From the human T2T-CHM13v2.0 reference genome, Homo sapiens: DNA of 64,000 nucleotides. Where the stretch lies: NCBI RefSeq assembly GCF_009914755.1, contig NC_060947.1; one strand, written 5' to 3'. The notes under the pieces are model-generated. The model was not told where the DNA came from, ran no database searches, and saw nothing but the letters and a program-made list of their open reading frames with translations. How positions within the stretch are numbered: position 1 is the first letter of the stretch; each line of letters begins with the position of its first letter. The position numbers and the translations under genes are program-made. Shown here piece by piece: positions 14,466 to 29,230 of the stretch.

Positions 14466-15158
14466 AAGTAGGCACTTGCAGTCTTCACAGACTGGCTTTG
14501 GCAGGAAAAGCCTTTTACCAGTCAGCCTGTCCAGAAATTCCGGAGGGCTGTCTGGCAGGGGGGCTTGCTGCTGGAGTTTTCAGGTGGGCTATCCTGAAAC
14601 TTGGGTCCATTAGGACAGGCCTACGGCTTGAGTTTGCTAGGGTGGATCTCAATCCTGGTGTGCATGGGGAACAGCCTAGTGCCAGGGTCCACTCAGGTAA
14701 GCCTGTCAAGCCTGTCAGCTGGGCATGCAGGGCAGGCCTAAAGCCTGTATTCACAGGGGCCAGTGTGAATCCTGGGTCCATAAAGCTCAATCTGGTGCTG
14801 CACTGGGCCTTGAGCCTGAGTCTTAAGGGACTAGCCTGGTGCTAGAATGAGCCTGGCACCTGGATTCAAGGACGCAGGCTTGGTGCCTGGGATCACGAAG
14901 GTAGGCCTGAAGACTGGGTCTGCAGGGGCAGGCCTGGAGTCTGAGACAACCAGGGATGATCCTGGAGCCCGGATCCGCCAGGGTGAGTCTGGAGGCCAAG
15001 TCTGCTGGGGTGGGTTTGGAACCTGAGTCCATGGATGGTGGGCCTGGGTCCTGGGTCCACTGCAGCATGGAGCCATGGAGACTAGTATGTGTACATATAT
15101 ATTAGGTCTACATAAACTATCAATCAAGTTAAAGGGCATAATGACATTTTTATACATG

Positions 15159-15613
15159 GTGTATTCATAATTTCCTACTACTGTTGTAATAAACTACCAC
15201 AAACTTAGTGGCTTTAAACAACACAAATTTATTCTCTTACAGTTCTGATCAGAGGTCAGAAATCTCAAATCAAGATGTTGGCTTCAGGGGAGAAGCTTTT
15301 CCATGTTCTTGAAGCTGCCTGCATTCCCCGGTTTGTGGCCCTCTTCCTCCATCTTCAAAGTGCATCACTCCAAACTCTGGTTGATTCCATTGTCGTGTCT
15401 CCTTTTACTTACTTTGACCCTCCTGCCTTCCTCTTATAAGGACCCTTGTGATTAAACTGGGTCCATCCAAATATTCTGGGATAATCCCCCATCTCAAAAT
15501 CCTAAATTTAATAAGATCTGCAAAGATCCTTTTACCATGTAAAGTAACATACTCACAGGTTCTAGTAATTAGGATGTGTACATCTTTGGTGGGCCATGAT
15601 TTAGCCTACTACA
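15159..15613 (-). mobile_element. MLT1 (MaLR) solo LTR
   Basis: Typical MLT1C/D text: taccacaaacttagtggctttaaacaacac...aaggacccttgtgatt...cctactaca. Confidence 0.88.
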
Positions 15614-16685
15614 TGTAGTCTCAAAATTTGCTTCCCATTAAACCTTTCTTCAGAAGCTACAGGAGTACATGCTCCATATAAAACCAGAGAGTAAACTGAT
15701 GTTAGCATAAAGTTAGAAAATATGACCTCAGAATCAGGCAAAGCCATGAAAGCACTTCAGAATTCAATCAGGTATCTTTTTACCATTAAGGGTTTTATGA
15801 GCAGAAAAATATAAAAACATGGCAGTATCTCATCAGGTTCAAAAAGCTTAAGCAGAAAAACATATGAAGAGGCAAAGAAAGGCAAAGTTCAGTCAGGTAC
15901 TGTAGCAGTGTGGGTGGGGATTAAAGAAGGCTGTGAATGGAAAGGAGATAATGTATAAATGGGAGCCAAGGGCCTGGACTAGAAGACCACTTCCCTGTTA
16001 GAGTCACCAACACAGCAGCTATGAATTGGGCTCAATGTGTCATAGTGTCACAACAAGAATCCTGTCAGCATTCTTGCTTATATCTTGCGACATTATGTAA
16101 CCTTAACCAGGTGAGAGAGTAGCCCCTAAAACTGTGGTATCAGATAGCTTCACAAAGGAAGAGAGATGTGCACCACACTTTCAGGTAAGTGGGGCCAGTA
16201 AATGTGTGCACATGCACATACTAGTGTTGGGAGACGGCAGAAGGAGGAAGGAGGGCTAGCATCTGCTATGGCACAAAAAGAACTGTGCATTTAGGGTACT
16301 GAAAATAGCTCTAGTGGGCTAGCAACAAAGTGGGAGTGAAGGATGGTTGGTAAGAAAATCAAATACCATAAACAGAGGTAAACAATGTAACAGAGATTAT
16401 GTACCTAGGTTAGAAATTTTGCTCTACCCTTACTACACAAATATCTTAAAACTCATATAATTCAATTATAAAACATGAGTATAACAGTACCTACCACAGG
16501 CATTTGTTTTGAGAATAAAATGAAAATCATGTTGAGGACTCCTAGTAGAACAGTCAAAGGGCAACAAAGGGTAAAATTACCCCAAAGTAACATTTCTTCA
16601 GAACATAATCTGTTCTCCACTCCCTGTGTTTTTTAGACTGGTTTTTCTTCCTTTATTTTTTGGTCTCAGATTGAGACTCTTAGAT

Positions 16686-18570
16686 CAGTGCTGTCTAACA
16701 GAACTTTCTGTGATGATGGAAACGTTCTAAATCTGCACTGTCTACCATGCAGTCACTAGCCACATGTAGCTACTGAGCAACTGAAATGTGGCTAAAGTAA
16801 CTAAGGAACTGAATTTTTAAAAATAACATTTATTGAGATATAATTCATACCATAAAATTCACCCTTTTTAAGTATACAATCTGGTGGTTTTTAGTATATT
16901 CACAAAGTTGTGCCTTGATCACTAAGAACTACCTAAATTCCATTAAAATTTTCATAACCTCAGAATGAAACCCCATACCTATTAGTAGTCACTGCCCACA
17001 CTCTCCTCCTCCCAGTCCCTAGTAAATACTAATCTAGTGTCTATATCAACAGATTTACCTACTGAGGCCATTTCTTAAAAATGAAATCATACAATATGTG
17101 GTCTTTTGTGTTTGGCATCTTTTACTCAGCATAATGTTTTTGAAGTTAATGCATGTTGCACCATGTATCTGTACTTTATTTCTTTTTTTGGGGAAAGGAA
17201 GTCTTTATACACAGATGATATGATCATCTATGTAGACTATCCAATGCAATATACATCATTCTACTAGAATAAGTGAATCTAGCAAAGTTGCAGGACATAA
17301 GAGTAACATACAAAAAATCAATTACATTTCTATATACTAACAACAATCAATCAGAAATTCAAATGAAAAACAGATTTACCACAGCATAATATATGAAATA
17401 TTTAAGAATGTGACAAAAGATGTACAAGACTTGTACTTTTAAAACTACAAAACACTGCTGAGAGAAATTAAACAATACCCAAATAATAGAGATATACCTT
17501 GTTCATACATTGGATGACACAATAATTTAAGCTATCAATTCTTCCCAAAGTGATCTTTTTTTTTCCTCTTTCCAACTTTTATTTTAGGTTCAGGGGATAC
17601 ATATTACATGGGTAAATTGCATATCACAGGGGTTTGGTGTACAGATAATTTTGTCACCCAGGTAATCAGCATAGTATCCTACAATTTTTCGATCCTAATG
17701 CTCCACCCTCAAGTAGGCCCCAGTGTCTACTGTTCCCTTCTTTGTGTCTGTGTGGGCTCAATGTTTATCTCTTACTTATAAGTAAGAACATGTGGTATTT
17801 GGTTTTCTCTTCCTGTGTTACTTCACTCAGAATAATGGCCTCCAGCTCCATCTATGTTACTGCAAAGGATATAATCTTATTCTTTTTTATGGCTGCATAG
17901 TATCCCACAGTATATATGTACCACATTTTCTTTAACCAGTCCACTGTTGACAGGCATCTAGGTCAATTACATGCCTTTGCTATTATGAATAGTGCTGTGA
18001 TGAACATACACATGCGTCTTTATCTTAATTTATTTTATAGTTGAATGATATTCCATTGTGTGCAACTACCACATTTTGTTTATCCATTCATCCATTAATG
18101 GACACTGGGGTTGTTTTCACCTTTTGGCTATTATGAAATGCTGCTATGAATGTTCATGTATAAGTTTCTGTGTAAATATACATTTTTAATTCTCTTGGGC
18201 ACATACCTAGGAATGGAATTGTTGGGCTGTATGGAAACTCTATATTTAACTTTTTGAGGAACTGCCAGTGTGTTTTTCAAGGTGGCTGCAACATTCTACA
18301 TTCCCACCAACGTACGAGAGATCCAATTTCTCCACATCCCTGCCAACCCTTGTTATTGTCTTTTTGATTCTAACCATCCTAGTGCACATGAAGTGGTATT
18401 TCATTTGGTCTTGATTTGCACTTCCATAATGACTTGATGTTGAGCACCTTTCCGTGTATTTATTGGTCATTTATAAATCTTTTTTGGAGAAATGTCTGTT
18501 CAGTGAATTTTAAATTTTAATTTTAATTAACTTGAAATAGCCACATCTGGCTAGTGGCTACAATATAAAG
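16686..18570. mobile_element. MER3-type hAT fossil split by an L1MB 3' fragment (~16822-18500, minus), which itself contains further L1 pieces
   Basis: MER3 halves at 16686-16820 and ~18504-18570 share tgaatttt at the breakpoints. A sense ORF2 piece lies at ~17195-17555 and an antisense L1P 3' end at ~17555-18020. Confidence 0.78.
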
Positions 18571-20591
18571 CAGACGGCAGGATTTGGCCTATGGCCCCTT
18601 CGCTTTGCCTAAGGCTGGGTGGGACTAGCTAGGTGACTGATTAGGAAGCTCTCAAAAATTACTGTTGATGTTGAAAACAATTCATGCTCACTGCACACCT
18701 GCAAGTCTCCAAGGACTTCATACTCACTATCTTATTTAATCTTCAAACAATACTATCAGTTAAAGTCTACTGTCTCCATTTTACAAGCAATGAAATCGTT
18801 TTAGATAGATCAAGTAAGCCAGTCATTAGTAATTCCACTCACTATAAAATTCTCCATTCCATTTCAACCTTAGAAACTTCTTTTCTTCATCTAATTAGAG
18901 CATTGGTCTTACAGATCTCAACTAGGGAAACCAGGTATTATTCAGGATTCCACTACTATGTTCGGCATATACTATACAATTCTATGTCTACTAACCTATT
19001 TCAAAAGAACATTATGAGAACTAAATGGTTTTGAAGCAGCAAGATATTAGCACTAAAAGAAAATATGAACTTCTGACTTTGTGCATTATAGGCCATAAAT
19101 TTTACCTTTTCTAATGTGTTCAGTCACTTCTTCCCCTTGTTTGAACTGATTCAACTATATACTGAACATCTACTATGTACCAGACACTACTCTAGGTTGT
19201 AGAGATACAACAATGACTATGATAGCCAAGAATCCTGACCTAATGAAGCTCAAAATATGTATTAAACATATGGTTTTAAAAGTACACAAGTTCCAATAAG
19301 TTTATGTCACATGGAGGCCTTGTTGTAGTATCTATTTCACAACGAACCTTATCCAATACTGCAGCATAAGTACCCTTAAATAATACTCTCTGCCTACTAA
19401 AAAATTTGAGTCTGAACACTATAGCCTTTAAAATGGTTCAAAATCTACACATTTGGCAGAACTTTTCTACAGCAGTTGCTACTCTGGAAGTAGCACCCGG
19501 CTCCTAAGCACAGCCAGCTGCCAAGGAACCCAGGGAAATTATTAAAGCTTACCTCTAGCTCTTGGGGCTGCCCCAGCCTCCTATGCACATGAGGGCAGGA
19601 CAACACAGAAAGAGTCACCACAGCATTTCTCCTGCCTAATGCATGGCATGATTTCCCAAGCTTTCATCATCACCTACCGCTGACCCCTATTTCAGGTAGA
19701 TAAAACAGAAATGAGGAGGTTGTTCAGATGATTCATGTGGGTGGCTATTGTGCTAGCTGGGACAGTAACACTGCTCTTTTTTTAAAGAGTTCACATTTTA
19801 TTCACTGCTATAAATAACAATTTAGTTTTTAAAATACTGCATTTCCAACACTATACTGCAGAAGACAGTAAAGCTCAAATTTTCCAGTAGATAGGTTGCC
19901 TTTGGCGACAGACCTAAGTAACCACATTCTGAGGGATGGCCTTTGCCTGACCCCTCTTCTCATTGTTCCTCACCTCTGGGATGAGTAAGCAGGGCAAAAG
20001 GTATGAAGTAAGTTGATTGGGAAAGCCTAAATTAAATGTCTAACTCAATCATTTCTAGTCTCAAACTCACTATTTCCTGTATCTTCCCCAGCATCTACTA
20101 CTAAACTATTCAACCCAGATTTACTGAAATAAATCAGGAACCAAACAAACTCACCAGTAATATAGCTCAGTATCATTTGGCAAAGTCATATTTCCTGACT
20201 TAAAACATCAGTTATGTAAAGAAAAACACAACCATGGAGTCACAACTGCAAAAACAACACTTTTGCCTGACCTTGCTACCAGAGCCAGGGGAGACTACAA
20301 GAAGGCCTTTCTTTCAAAGGCTACTATACTTCCCTCAGTGATATGCATAAAGAGAAACATTCATGTGCATCAATAAGAACAATGGTAAAATTGAGTTGTA
20401 TTTTATACGAAGTTGACCACCAATCACCTTAATGGCTAAGAACAGGTACAAAGGAGAATCAAGAGTACAACATGACATTCCAGCTACAAAGAGAAACAGC
20501 TATTCTTGGAGGGATGTGGGAAGGCTAACTTTTAAAACTCTCCCAGTAAACATTCTAAGATTGCCCGAAATATTCAATATCTATGTGCTCA

Positions 20592-20633
20592 CTAACATCC
20601 TGGTGAAATACCCTAACATCCTGGTGAAATACC
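20592..20633. repeat. Perfect 21-bp tandem duplication
   Basis: ctaacatcctggtgaaatacc x2. Confidence 0.95.
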
Positions 20634-20704
20634 AGTGACTACAGCACTCCAGGACAAGGGTAACAATTTTCCAGAAGGGATGGCACTATTTCAATGGCTT
20701 AGAA

Positions 20705-21051
20705 CAGTGGTACCTAACCTTTTTGGCATCAGGGACCGGTTTTGTGGAAGACAATTTTTCCATGGACGATGGGGACCGGGGTGGGGGTAGGGGGTTCGGG
20801 ATGAGACTGTTCCATCTCAGATCATCAGGCATTAGATTCTCATAAGGAACATGCAACCTAGTTCCCGCGCATGTGCAGTTCACAATAGGGTTTGTGCTTC
20901 TATGAGAATCTAATGCTGCCACTGATCTTACAGGAGGCAGAGCTCAGGCAGTAATGCTGGCTGGCCTGCTGCTCACCTCCTGTTGTGCGGCCTGGTTTCT
21001 AACAGGTCATGAACCGGTACTGGTCAGCGGCCCAAGGGTTGGGGACCCCTG
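20705..21051. mobile_element. MER1B (hAT-Charlie) element
   Basis: Termini cagtggtacctaacc...ggttggggacccctg, with a perfect 8-bp TSD gcttagaa (20697-20704; 21052-21059). Confidence 0.9.
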
Positions 21052-21071
21052 GCTTAGAACACACTAAACAG

Positions 21072-21348
21072 TCCCAGCACTTTGGGAGGCTGAAGGAGGC
21101 AGATCACCTGAGGTCAGGAGTTCAAGATCAGCCTGGCCAACATGGTGAAACCCCGTCTCTGCTAAAAAATACAAAAATTAGAAAAATTAGCCAGGCGTGG
21201 TGGCCTGTAATCCCAGCTACTCAGGATGCTGAAGCAGGGAGAATTGCTTGAACCTGAGAGGCAGAGGTTGCAGTGAGCTGAGATTGTGCCACTGCACTCC
21301 AGCCTGGGCGACAGAACAAGACTCTGTCAAACAAACAAACAAACAAAC
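21072..21348 (+). mobile_element. AluS, slightly 5'-truncated, (AAAC)n tail
   Basis: Starts at tcccagcactttgg and has a dimeric structure. Confidence 0.94.
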
Positions 21349-21769
21349 ATTCCAAACAGCTCACATGAATCCCTAAACTTGGCAGTCACAAGGTGGGTTT
21401 TCTCTTGAGGAAGTAAAAAGGCAGTAAGAATTGGGAAAAATGAAGATTACAATACATGATTAAGTTAGATTACACTAGAGTACAGAAAAACCAAGGACAC
21501 ACCAGCACACAATCAGTGAGAAAAGGTCATGGAATTGTTAAACAGGCTACCACCACTACCTAACAGAAAAGGAAAGGGTAGAGTAGTATGTTATTTTCAT
21601 TTACAAGTCTCTACTCATTGAATTAATAATTTGATATGAGAGAGAAGAATGGATCTGTAGAAATAGGAGGGTCAGGTGTAAAGGCAAACACAAGCGTTTA
21701 CCTAATGATTTTAGCTGTTCACAGTTCAGAATTAAAGGAAAGAAAACAGCACGAATGCTTTATCTTGAG

Positions 21770-21985
21770 TAGGGATTGGCAAGCTTTTTGTGTAAAAAGC
21801 TGGAGAAATGGTTAAGGCTGTATGGACCATTTGGTCTCTGTCATAACTAATCAACTCTGCCCCATAGCATAAAAGCAACCATAGATGATGCTTAAATAAA
21901 TGACGGTGGCTGTGTTCCAAATAACTATTTACAAAAACAGGCAGTAGGATGATTTGGCCCATGGACCATAGTTTACTGACCCCTG
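21770..21985. mobile_element. MER58A-like hAT fossil
   Basis: agggattggcaagc...catagtttactgacccctg. Confidence 0.75.
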
Positions 21986-22001
21986 ATCTAGAGTTCCAAG
22001 A

Positions 22002-22186
22002 CAGTGGTTCTCAATCTTTAGCGTGCCTCAGAATTCCCTTGGAGGGTTTGTTACAACAGAAATAGCTGTGCTCCAACCCCAGGGCTTCTAATTCTGTAGG
22101 GCCAGAGCAGGGCCTAAGAATCTGCATTTCTAATGAGTTTCCAGATGCTGCTACTGGTCAGAAGATCCACACTTTGAAAACCACTG
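22002..22186. mobile_element. MER5A
   Basis: cagtggttctcaa...ctttgaaaaccactg terminal inverted repeats. Confidence 0.85.
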
Positions 22187-22518
22187 ATCTAAACCTCACT
22201 GACTAAACAGGATGTTCAATATCAGATGGAACAGGATGTGCCATCTGATTGGCCACAAACATTTGTCACTTGTAGTAAGTTCCACACATCAAAGCTCCAA
22301 CAAAATTAAGCAATTTAAAAAGAAGCTGGGGAAAACAAAATACTCAGAAGTCTTTCTTTACTTTGACTTCAGTGTAAATTTATCATTGCCCCATTCATTC
22401 TCAAATCTCTTTATGCAATATTTTCACCTAACATGTTCTGAGCCCTATAAGGAGTTGAGAAGTATTAATGTCTATAAATCAAACAAGAAAATAAAATCAC
22501 TTTTAAAGACAAAGGTAA

Positions 22519-23197
<679 letters not shown>

Positions 23198-24830
23198 TCA
23201 ATAAAATTGAAATAATAATATACGTAAGGTAGTTTAAGACTTAAGAATTATGTAATTTTATGTGCATGAGAATCTCATGAGGTAGATAATATAGCCATTA
23301 CTATCCTTCTTTTACAAGATGAAGAAACTGAAGAAAAACCAACTGGTGATATCACACAAATTACTTAAAATGTTTCCTTAAAATCCCTTTTTCCTAGTAA
23401 CTCTTAAATTGCATTTTTCAAATCCAACTTACACATATCTTTTTAGGACCATGTTTATGGATGTGTCTTTATCGGGGAAAATATTGTTCTAGTAAGATCT
23501 TCAAGTCCATATTCATATTTGTGGGCCTAATTCTGAAGCCACCCAGGCAAGTCTAACTAAGAAACCTGAACTTTAATCAGATGGCAGTTTAAAGCCCACT
23601 CTACCATTAGAGCAAGTGGGTCACAGATTATGGAAGTATGATGATCCAGCAGTATAACAGAAATACTCAGCAATGGGAGAAATATTAATGTAGATAATCC
23701 AAAAAGTAGAGCAGCAAGTTTAGAATGCTCCCTCTCCAGATACCCACACTCCTTCTGCAATGATAATGAATAGATATTTTCATTTAAATACATATTTACA
23801 CAGATTACTTTCACATCCATAAGAGCAAAATGTTTTGTTTTTTTTAAAGCTTTGCCTATAATATGTATGGTTGGTAAAGGTTTTTTCCATCTTTAGCATG
23901 CTGTTAAAAATGTTATGTATGTTGATTATGTGAAATACATTCTCACTTTAACCTGTGATTTTAATATTCTAGTAACAGTTCTCTTAAATTTATATGAAAT
24001 GTAATTAAAGAAAGTCCTCAGTGAAAACAGCTTCTTGCTTGTTTTACAAGTATCTAATTATTCTACAACTGACAAAATTTTTAAAAAATTTATTAAAAAG
24101 ATAGTCTCAAATTTAATGCCACACTATACTGCTAACAAAAACCCAGTTAAGAAGATACTAAGCCTAAGATGAGCACCAGCAGAGATTCCATATAAAGGCT
24201 GATGATTCTGCTTTTGAACTAATAACTCAGATGGAAGTCAGCAAAAATTTCTAACCTAAATAATGCAATATAAATAATACTGTCCAAGGATTTCTGAAAC
24301 CAATCTAAGCAGTATTTCCATAGAAGTGATCTAAACAGACCAACCACTCAATTTCAACATGATCATTCTTACACCTGACAATGTAATAAGAACTAGAAGA
24401 TGAAATACTGTTCTGTGGTTTTAGGTTATTTAGATTCAGTGCCCAGTAGTGTCAGAGACTACAACTTCAGAATCTTTCCACCTCATTTTGCTCACTGTTA
24501 AGATGTAGAAATTGCTGTTGTAATAAAATTTTGGGAAGTTACATAAAGGAACACTACAATATTCATAAATCCTATATATGGGTGTTTCTGAAATATATAT
24601 TCTGGGATTTTCCTTTTTTCAGTCTTGAAATTTCACATTATGAACAATTAATTAATCTGTCAATTGTCTAAATGCAAACATAAGAAGTGTGATACAAAAT
24701 TCCTTCTTTTAACAATCTTGGGAGTTTTTCACAACACTACGGAATTATAATCTAGAACAGACTTGGAAACAAATTATGAAAATCTGTAACTCAATACTGT
24801 ATTTTCTATGTACATAAGAGGCAATGACAG

Positions 24831-25148
24831 TTTTTTTTTAACTTTTTTTATTATACTTTAAGTTCTGGGATACATGTGCAGAACGTACAGGTTTGTTACA
24901 TAGGTATACATGTGCCATGGTGGTTTGCTGCACCCATCAACCCATCATCTACATTAGGTATTTCTCCTAATGTTATCCCTCCCCTTGCCCCCCAACCCCC
25001 AACAGGCCCCGGTGTGTGATGTTCCCCTCCCTGTGCCTATATGTTCTCATGGATGAAGCTGGAAACCATCATTCTCAGCAAACTAACACAGGAACAGAAA
25101 ACCAAACACTGCATGTTCTTACTCATAAGTGGGAGTTGAACAATGAGA
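24831..25148 (-). mobile_element. Short L1PA insertion with inverted 5' segment
   Basis: Antisense L1PA 3' end (24831-25050) joined to a sense piece (25048-25148). TSD gcaatgaca. Confidence 0.9.
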
Positions 25149-25178
25149 GCAATGACATTTTTAAAAGAATTTTTTTAA

Positions 25179-25722
<544 letters not shown>

Positions 25723-26190
25723 CTCCTTCCCTCTTGCAAGTAATTTATATATATATATATATAAAATATATATAAAAATATATATAATGTTATAATATAC
25801 ATAATTTATGAAAGTTATACTTTTTTAAAGTAATATATGTGACTTTATTAAAATTTCTTCAATTTTCCCTACCTGTATTCCTCTACTCCTTTTTATAAAT
25901 GAGGAAGCAGGCCTACAAAGATAACATGAGTTACCCAAGGAGAAGACCGACAAATCATTCAAGCCTCACCTCCTCTGTAATGATTTCCCCAACTTCCTTC
26001 TCCTACTAGGTGGTCACACAGTCTCTGGATTTCTCAGTTAATGTACTCACTCATTCAACAACTGCTGACCAAATATTTTACTATGTGTGTCTGTTGGTTA
26101 CCAAGTTACGCAGAGGATATGTGCATGAGTGTGTGAATAACTCATTTGAGCTCCCTGAGGCCAGAGAACTCAAGTGTTTGGTGAATAGCA

Positions 26191-26330
26191 ATACCTAATG
26201 CTAAATGACGAGTTAATGGGTGCAGCACACCAACATGGCACATGTATACATTTGTAACAAACCTGCACGTTGTGCACATGTACCCTAAAACTTAAAGTAT
26301 AATAATAATAAAATTTAAAAAATAATAATA
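26191..26330 (+). mobile_element. Young L1PA extreme 3' end
   Basis: atacctaatgctaaatgacgagttaatgggtgcagcacacc...aaagtataataataat. It carries GAG rather than the L1-Ta diagnostic ACA. Confidence 0.9.
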
Positions 26331-26349
26331 ATGACAATGGCAATTAAAA

Positions 26350-26500
26350 TAACAACCTTTAGACATTTCACATAGATCATGCTATTCAATCCTCACAACA
26401 ACCTTACAAAGTATATACCATTAACCACATTTTACAGATAAAGAAACTGAGGGTCAGAGAGGCTAACTAACTTGCCCAGGACCTCATAGCTAGAAATGAA
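26350..26500. mobile_element. MIR
   Basis: Core motif cattttacagataaagaaactgagggtcagagagg. Confidence 0.75.
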
Positions 26501-28536
26501 TACATAAATGAACAATGAATAAAAGTTAGCACCACTAACAATTTTACACACATGGTAGAAAAGAATGTTCATTTCACCATATTATTTATGTAATAGAGCC
26601 TGTGTTTAGCACTGAGAATGTGCACATTTGGAAATTGTTGAAACTTACGTACATAACTGCCAAAAGTAATTTGAGTATCTCAGAGACATTCTAGAAATAA
26701 AAAATACTTATGCTGCACTTTACAATTCACTAATCCACACAAATGGTTTGTGAAGCAGCTATCATTCCTTTTATAAATAAGGAGAAAATAGCCACACTGT
26801 GCCCAAAGGTTACCAGATCAGAAGGGGGCTGCCTAACAAGCCACAGAGCAACCGCATTCCATACCTTTAGGGGAAATCACATACCAAGGGTAAGAAAGAA
26901 GGCCAAGAATTGATGATGTTTTCTAAAAACACAAATTAGAATCTATGAAATAGCAGTAGTATAATGGTAATCTGCACACCATGGAAGGACTAGAGAGAGA
27001 GACCTCTGTAACTGAATGAATATCATCATCCTTTAATTTAAGAAAACATTAAAATCTGCATGTAGTTGAATGGTAATACAGTGTACTTCTATCCTAGATT
27101 TAAATATACCAAAATACTCTAACTTAAGTGTTAAAAGCCTGAAATACAGACTGAACATAGTATATTTTGGATATTATTAAACTACATGAGAGACAGAACA
27201 ATCCACATTCTTACCTGCAAATGATTCAAATACTCAAAACAATGATTACAAAGCAAAAAGGAAAGAAAGTATATTAAAAGAAATCACAAAGATTGGGAGA
27301 AAAAACAATGTACAACAGCCCAGTAATAAATAGAATACAAGAAGCTGAAGTGAAATAGCACGCACTTAGATACCAAAAAACTGGCTTATGTACAACGAAG
27401 CAATCGTTTCTTATTGTGAATGGATGTGGACAACCAAAAATAGCCAATGAACAAATTTAGTTAGGAGGTGATGGGAGAAGAAATGTGAAAGAGGAGGACA
27501 GTACTACATTCATCCAACGTGGACAAAAATCCTTGAGGCTAGAAAGAATTCAGTTTCCTATAGTAGAAAGATATAAGACAATAACAGTGGTTTGACACAT
27601 ACCAAGAACTTAAAGTAAATGTAAAGTATCTAAAACTTACTTTGTCACTTCATGAAAGGCTTCCATTTAATTGACAGTCATGCACAAGCTCGGGAATGAA
27701 AAGGACATAATCTTAGGAAAACCAAATGATTTTACCTAAAAGCCAGTCATCAGAAATCTGCAAAACACAATTAGAGTGAAAAAGAAATCTACTTTGTTTT
27801 TACCCTAAATATGTTGGTTCTGAGATAGATTTACAGAGAGATAGTATAAAATTACTAGTATCCACAGAAAAGAAGCCAGACCTAGCTTTTCAGACACATC
27901 ATGAATTGACTATTAAACATAATATTCATTTTGATAAGTGCTTTAAATTGTTTCTCTGTTATAGCCACATGTGTTCTTAGTCCTCAGAGTATATTGGCAT
28001 TTTACATTATTGATCCTCCCCCCTCTTTTAAACTTCTGTGCAGCCCATTATCCTGATTCTTCTAACTCTATGAGTTATACTCCAAACCACGAGCCCTAGA
28101 GCAGTCAACCCCCAAGAACTTGTTCACTCAGTTTTACTTCCACACAGATGACTCCCAAATCTTCACTGCCATTCCATACCTCTCACCCAAATTCCAGCTC
28201 AGCATTTCAAGCAATGTAAAATTACAATTGGCTTGCACTCAATCCAAAGCCAAAGTAACAATCCATATGACAGAATACTGGGCAGCAGCTAAAGAGGAGA
28301 TAGAGACAGACAGATACATTGATGGATATGACAAGATCATCAAGTATATACTATTATTCATGAAAAATCAATATTTCAGCATAGTATACAAATATCTCAC
28401 TTTTAAACAAAAAGCTTCCAGAAAGATGGAGAAGAAACTGAACAATGGTTACCTCTAGAGAATGGGGATATGGATGGTAGGAGAATTGAGACAGACTCAC
28501 TACTTATCTTTGTATCACCTATATTTTAAATTGTAT

Positions 28537-29230
<694 letters not shown>

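Noticed and set aside
14384-15157. 153-, 108- and 91-aa ORFs
   Set aside because: Derived from an Alu end plus the GC-rich L1 5' UTR subrepeats.
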